Positions 60,762 through 64,000 of a stretch of DNA of 64,000 nt are shown here, piece after piece. Below the pieces are notes generated by a model that was given only the letters and a program-made list of their open reading frames with translations, had not been told where the DNA came from and did no database searches. A program made the position numbers and the translations under genes. Origin of the DNA: an uncultured Arcobacter sp. (lineage in GTDB: Bacteria > Campylobacterota > Campylobacteria > Campylobacterales > Arcobacteraceae); NCBI GenBank assembly GCA_965140705.1, contig OZ223300.1, forward strand, positions 896,001-960,000, read 5' to 3'. Numbering within the stretch: the stretch's first letter is position 1; the number at the start of each line of letters is the position of its first letter.

Positions 60762-62735
60762 TTGAAAAAGTCTATATGTCTGTTAAGTATTGTTGCTTCA
60801 ACAGTTTTGTTAGGGAATGAAGTTGAAGTACCAACAGTAAATGTTGCGGAAAAGATAAATACAAAAGTAGTTAAAGATATAAGTGAAGATCAACTAAAAT
60901 CAGCGGATTTAGCGGAAGCTTTAAGTAAAAATGTACCTTCAATATCAATTGTAAGAAGAAATGGGATTGCAAATGATATTATTTTGAGAGGACAAAAGAA
61001 AGATAATATCAATGTATTAATAGATGATGCAAAGATATATGGAGCTTGTCCAAATAGAATGGATCCAGTAACATCACATATATTAACAAATAATGTAGAA
61101 AGTGTAGAAGTAATAGAAGGACCATATGATGTTGAGAACTTTGGAACACTAAGTGGGAAAGTTCAAGTACATACAAAAGAGCCAACAAAAGATTTACATG
61201 GAGAAGTTAATTTAAATGCTGGAAGCTTTAATTATAGAAAAGCAAGTGCAACAATAAGTGGAGGAACAGATAGATTTAAATTATTACTTTCAGCTTCAAC
61301 TGAAAAAAGTGACCAATATAAAGATGGAAATGGTAATGACTTTTATGAACAACAAGTTGAAAAGGGTGTTCCTTCTACAACACGTTATAAAGATCCTAAT
61401 GAAAAAGCATATACTAAAAAAACACTCTTATCTAAACTAATTTTTAATATAGATGATAGTTCAGAAGTAAAACTTTCATATACGGCAAACAGAAGCGATA
61501 ATGTATTATATCCAGCTGGTGGAATGGATGCTGATTATGATGATTCAAATATCTATACTATTGGGTATACAAAAAGAGATTTAGGTAAGTATTCAAAAGA
61601 GTTGAATTTAGATTATTATTACTCAGATGTAGATCATCCTATGAGTACAAAATTAAGAAATCCTAATATGATGTATATGACAAGCCATATGAAAACATCA
61701 ATTTGGGGAACAAAATTAAAAAATAGTATGGAACTTGCTGATTCAATTTTAACAGTTGGATTAGATACAAGTGTTAGAAATTGGAGAAGTAATAATTATC
61801 AAACATCAATTACAACAGGGAAGATTACACCAACTGCTGATTCTTTTCCATCAACTGATACTAAAAATAAAGCAATATTCGCAAAATTAGAGAAAGATTT
61901 TGGTAAATTAAATTTAGACTTTGGTTCAAGATATGACCATACAAATATTGAGCCAGATGGTAATACAAAAAATGAAAGAAAATACAATGCACTAAGTGCA
62001 AATGTTTTTGCTGTTTATAATCAAGACGAATTTACTAAGTATTTTGCAGGAATTGGTAAATCTTCTAGAGTTCCTGATGCAAGAGAACTTTATTTTTCAG
62101 GAATGGGTTCAAAAGGGAATCAAGATTTAAAACAAACAAAAAACTATGAAGCTGATCTTGGTTTTGAAAAAACAATAGGTGATTTTAATATTAAATCAAA
62201 ACTTTTTTATTCTGTGTTAAAAGATTATATATATAACAATGCAACAAGTAAAAAGTTTGAAAATGTTGATGCTAAGATTTATGGTGCGGAAATAAGTGGA
62301 TTTTATCTATTTGGTGACTCATTTTCAGCAGATTATGGAATTGCTTATCAAAGAGGAAAAAAAGATGAAGCATTAGATGGTCAAACAAATAAAAACTTAG
62401 CAGAAATTCCTCCTTTAAAAGCTAATATAGCTTTAAACTATGAGTATTCAATTCATAAGCTAACAGCAGAAATGGTAGCTGTTGATAATTGGAACAAAGT
62501 TGATACTGACAATGGGGAACAAAGATTAGGAGGATATGCTCTTTTTAATTTAAAATATAAAAATAGCATAAGTAAAAATTTTGAAATAACTTTAGGTGTT
62601 GATAATGTATTTGATAAAACTTATGCTTCAACAAATACTTATAAAGATATTTCATATACAGTTGTAGGTGGAAACCAAATTACTTTTAATGATCCAGGTA
62701 GATATGGATATATTAATTTAAAATATAAATTTTAA
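60762..62735 (+). CDS. TonB-dependent receptor, OprC/NosA-like copper type
   Basis: Plug domain with GACPNRMDP, DHPM, and C-terminal PGR...YKF; TTG start with AAGGAG RBS. Confidence 0.88.
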   Translation: MKKSICLLSIVASTVLLGNEVEVPTVNVAEKINTKVVKDISEDQLKSADLAEALSKNVPSISIVRRNGIANDIILRGQKKDNINVLIDDAKIYGACPNRMDPVTSHILTNNVESVEVIEGPYDVENFGTLSGKVQVHTKEPTKDLHGEVNLNAGSFNYRKASATISGGTDRFKLLLSASTEKSDQYKDGNGNDFYEQQVEKGVPSTTRYKDPNEKAYTKKTLLSKLIFNIDDSSEVKLSYTANRSDNVLYPAGGMDADYDDSNIYTIGYTKRDLGKYSKELNLDYYYSDVDHPMSTKLRNPNMMYMTSHMKTSIWGTKLKNSMELADSILTVGLDTSVRNWRSNNYQTSITTGKITPTADSFPSTDTKNKAIFAKLEKDFGKLNLDFGSRYDHTNIEPDGNTKNERKYNALSANVFAVYNQDEFTKYFAGIGKSSRVPDARELYFSGMGSKGNQDLKQTKNYEADLGFEKTIGDFNIKSKLFYSVLKDYIYNNATSKKFENVDAKIYGAEISGFYLFGDSFSADYGIAYQRGKKDEALDGQTNKNLAEIPPLKANIALNYEYSIHKLTAEMVAVDNWNKVDTDNGEQRLGGYALFNLKYKNSISKNFEITLGVDNVFDKTYASTNTYKDISYTVVGGNQITFNDPGRYGYINLKYKF

Positions 62736-62738
62736 TAA

Positions 62739-62766
62739 AATAAAAGGAAGATTTCTTCCTTTTATT
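62739..62766. terminator. Bidirectional terminator
   Basis: AATAAAAGGAAG-ATTT-CTTCCTTTTATT. Confidence 0.8.
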
Positions 62767-63991
62767 CAAAGTCCATTCTAACTTGAGTTTGACCTGTTGT
62801 CCCAAATGCTAGGTCAATTTTTGTAGCTATTTCTTTAAAATCTACATCTTGAACAGTTTTTAGAGTTTTTATAATCTCTTTTTTCCCGTTTACTAATTCT
62901 TTTGATTTTATACCATGGGAGATTGATAAACTAGCTTCAATAAAAGCTGATAATTTATCACATTGTTTTAAAGCTTTCCCATCTATTGCATTATATTTAT
63001 CAACATTGTATGCGGCTAAACCATCATTTACAATTTGTATACCATCTTCATTGATTTTGTCTAAAAATTCATCTTTTATGCCATCATACAATCCTAAAAG
63101 ATATGAAAATTCTTCTTTAATTTTTTCAGGAACATTTGGCATGATATCATCTTCTATTTTTATGATTTCGTATTCACTAATGATTTCAGATAAATCATCA
63201 ACGCAATATTTGACAGGAGAAATAATATCTCTTGTTAGTGCTTCTGGTAAATCATGGAAAAGTGCTGTATAAAAGTTGTTTTGCAATCTTTTATCACAAG
63301 CATTTACATCAAGGGAATAAAAGTATCCAAATAGTGCAACTATTAACATATGTCCTAAAACAGAAGTCTCAGGTATTCTAGGAGTTTGAGACCATCTTTT
63401 TTGAAATCTAAGTCTTCCACTTAAGTCAACTATTTTAGATAATTTTTTATTTAGAGCAATTTTTCTAACCCCTATTAATTCATAATAATCTTCAATTTCC
63501 TCTTCAACACTTTTTTTCACATCTTCTATATCACTTAAAAAAGTACTTGTTTGATATACAATAGAAAATTCCCATTTTGTAGAAAGATATGAGGCTGCTT
63601 TATTTATAAATCTCTCTTTTTTATACATCTCAGGATTTTCTAAATATTCTTGGAATTTTTTTAAAAAATTACCACCATCTATATCTTTTATAGAATCATG
63701 AAGTTTTTCTATAACCCAAGCATTTATTTCTTTTGATTTTTTTTGTAAGGCATTTCGAAAAACATCAGGTCTAATATCAGTTACTACTATTCTTCTTAAG
63801 AATTCAAAAACTCCTGCTTCTATTAGGTGTGTGTAGTTTATATCATCTTCAAGTTTTGCAATAAAATATGCAATAATGAATTTATGAGCTTGTTTATCTA
63901 ATTCTACTAATTCAACCATTCTAGGATAATCATTCCATCTTTGAATTGAAGCTGAAGTAAAAATATAATCTATAATTTTGTGATTAATCAT
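62762..63991 (-). CDS. HD-domain phosphohydrolase with duplicated YfbR-like fold
   Basis: QRWND...KQAH in the N-half; QKRW...SVLGH...HDLPE...D...CDKL in the C-half. Confidence 0.85.
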   Translation of the reverse strand: MINHKIIDYIFTSASIQRWNDYPRMVELVELDKQAHKFIIAYFIAKLEDDINYTHLIEAGVFEFLRRIVVTDIRPDVFRNALQKKSKEINAWVIEKLHDSIKDIDGGNFLKKFQEYLENPEMYKKERFINKAASYLSTKWEFSIVYQTSTFLSDIEDVKKSVEEEIEDYYELIGVRKIALNKKLSKIVDLSGRLRFQKRWSQTPRIPETSVLGHMLIVALFGYFYSLDVNACDKRLQNNFYTALFHDLPEALTRDIISPVKYCVDDLSEIISEYEIIKIEDDIMPNVPEKIKEEFSYLLGLYDGIKDEFLDKINEDGIQIVNDGLAAYNVDKYNAIDGKALKQCDKLSAFIEASLSISHGIKSKELVNGKKEIIKTLKTVQDVDFKEIATKIDLAFGTTGQTQVRMDFE

Positions 63992-64000
63992 CTTTTTTAT

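Overview
AT-rich bacterial chromosomal DNA. The gene content points to Campylobacterota, most likely Arcobacteraceae (inference from the stand-alone atpE with signal-like N-terminus, NifS/NifU, CheV, several MCPs and the HQWRQPL histidine kinase). The window is densely coding, and I saw no rRNA, tRNA, CRISPR array, transposase or prophage. Contents in order: SDR, atpE, a c-di-GMP phosphodiesterase, an RR/MCP/HK cluster, a Cu-chaperone/nhaA/Fur-family operon divergent from Zn-uptake genes, two MCPs, selO, yceI, a diguanylate cyclase split by a 16-bp tandem duplication, and two paralogous unknown small membrane proteins. Then come a full sufBCDSE-sufT operon divergent from nifSU, a Rhizobium-type glycerol catabolism island with two tandem HutC/GntR regulators, argH, cheV, tcdA, greA, lpxH, uvrB, nth, a Sel1 lipoprotein, a CPA1 antiporter, an OprC-like receptor and an HD protein. 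The most notable observations are the reversible-looking DGC frameshift, a forced ATA start for uvrB, an ERIC-like 141-bp palindromic element, a shared palindromic operator plus a candidate sigma54 promoter between suf and nif, and a TTATAA-repeat regulon over the glycerol island.
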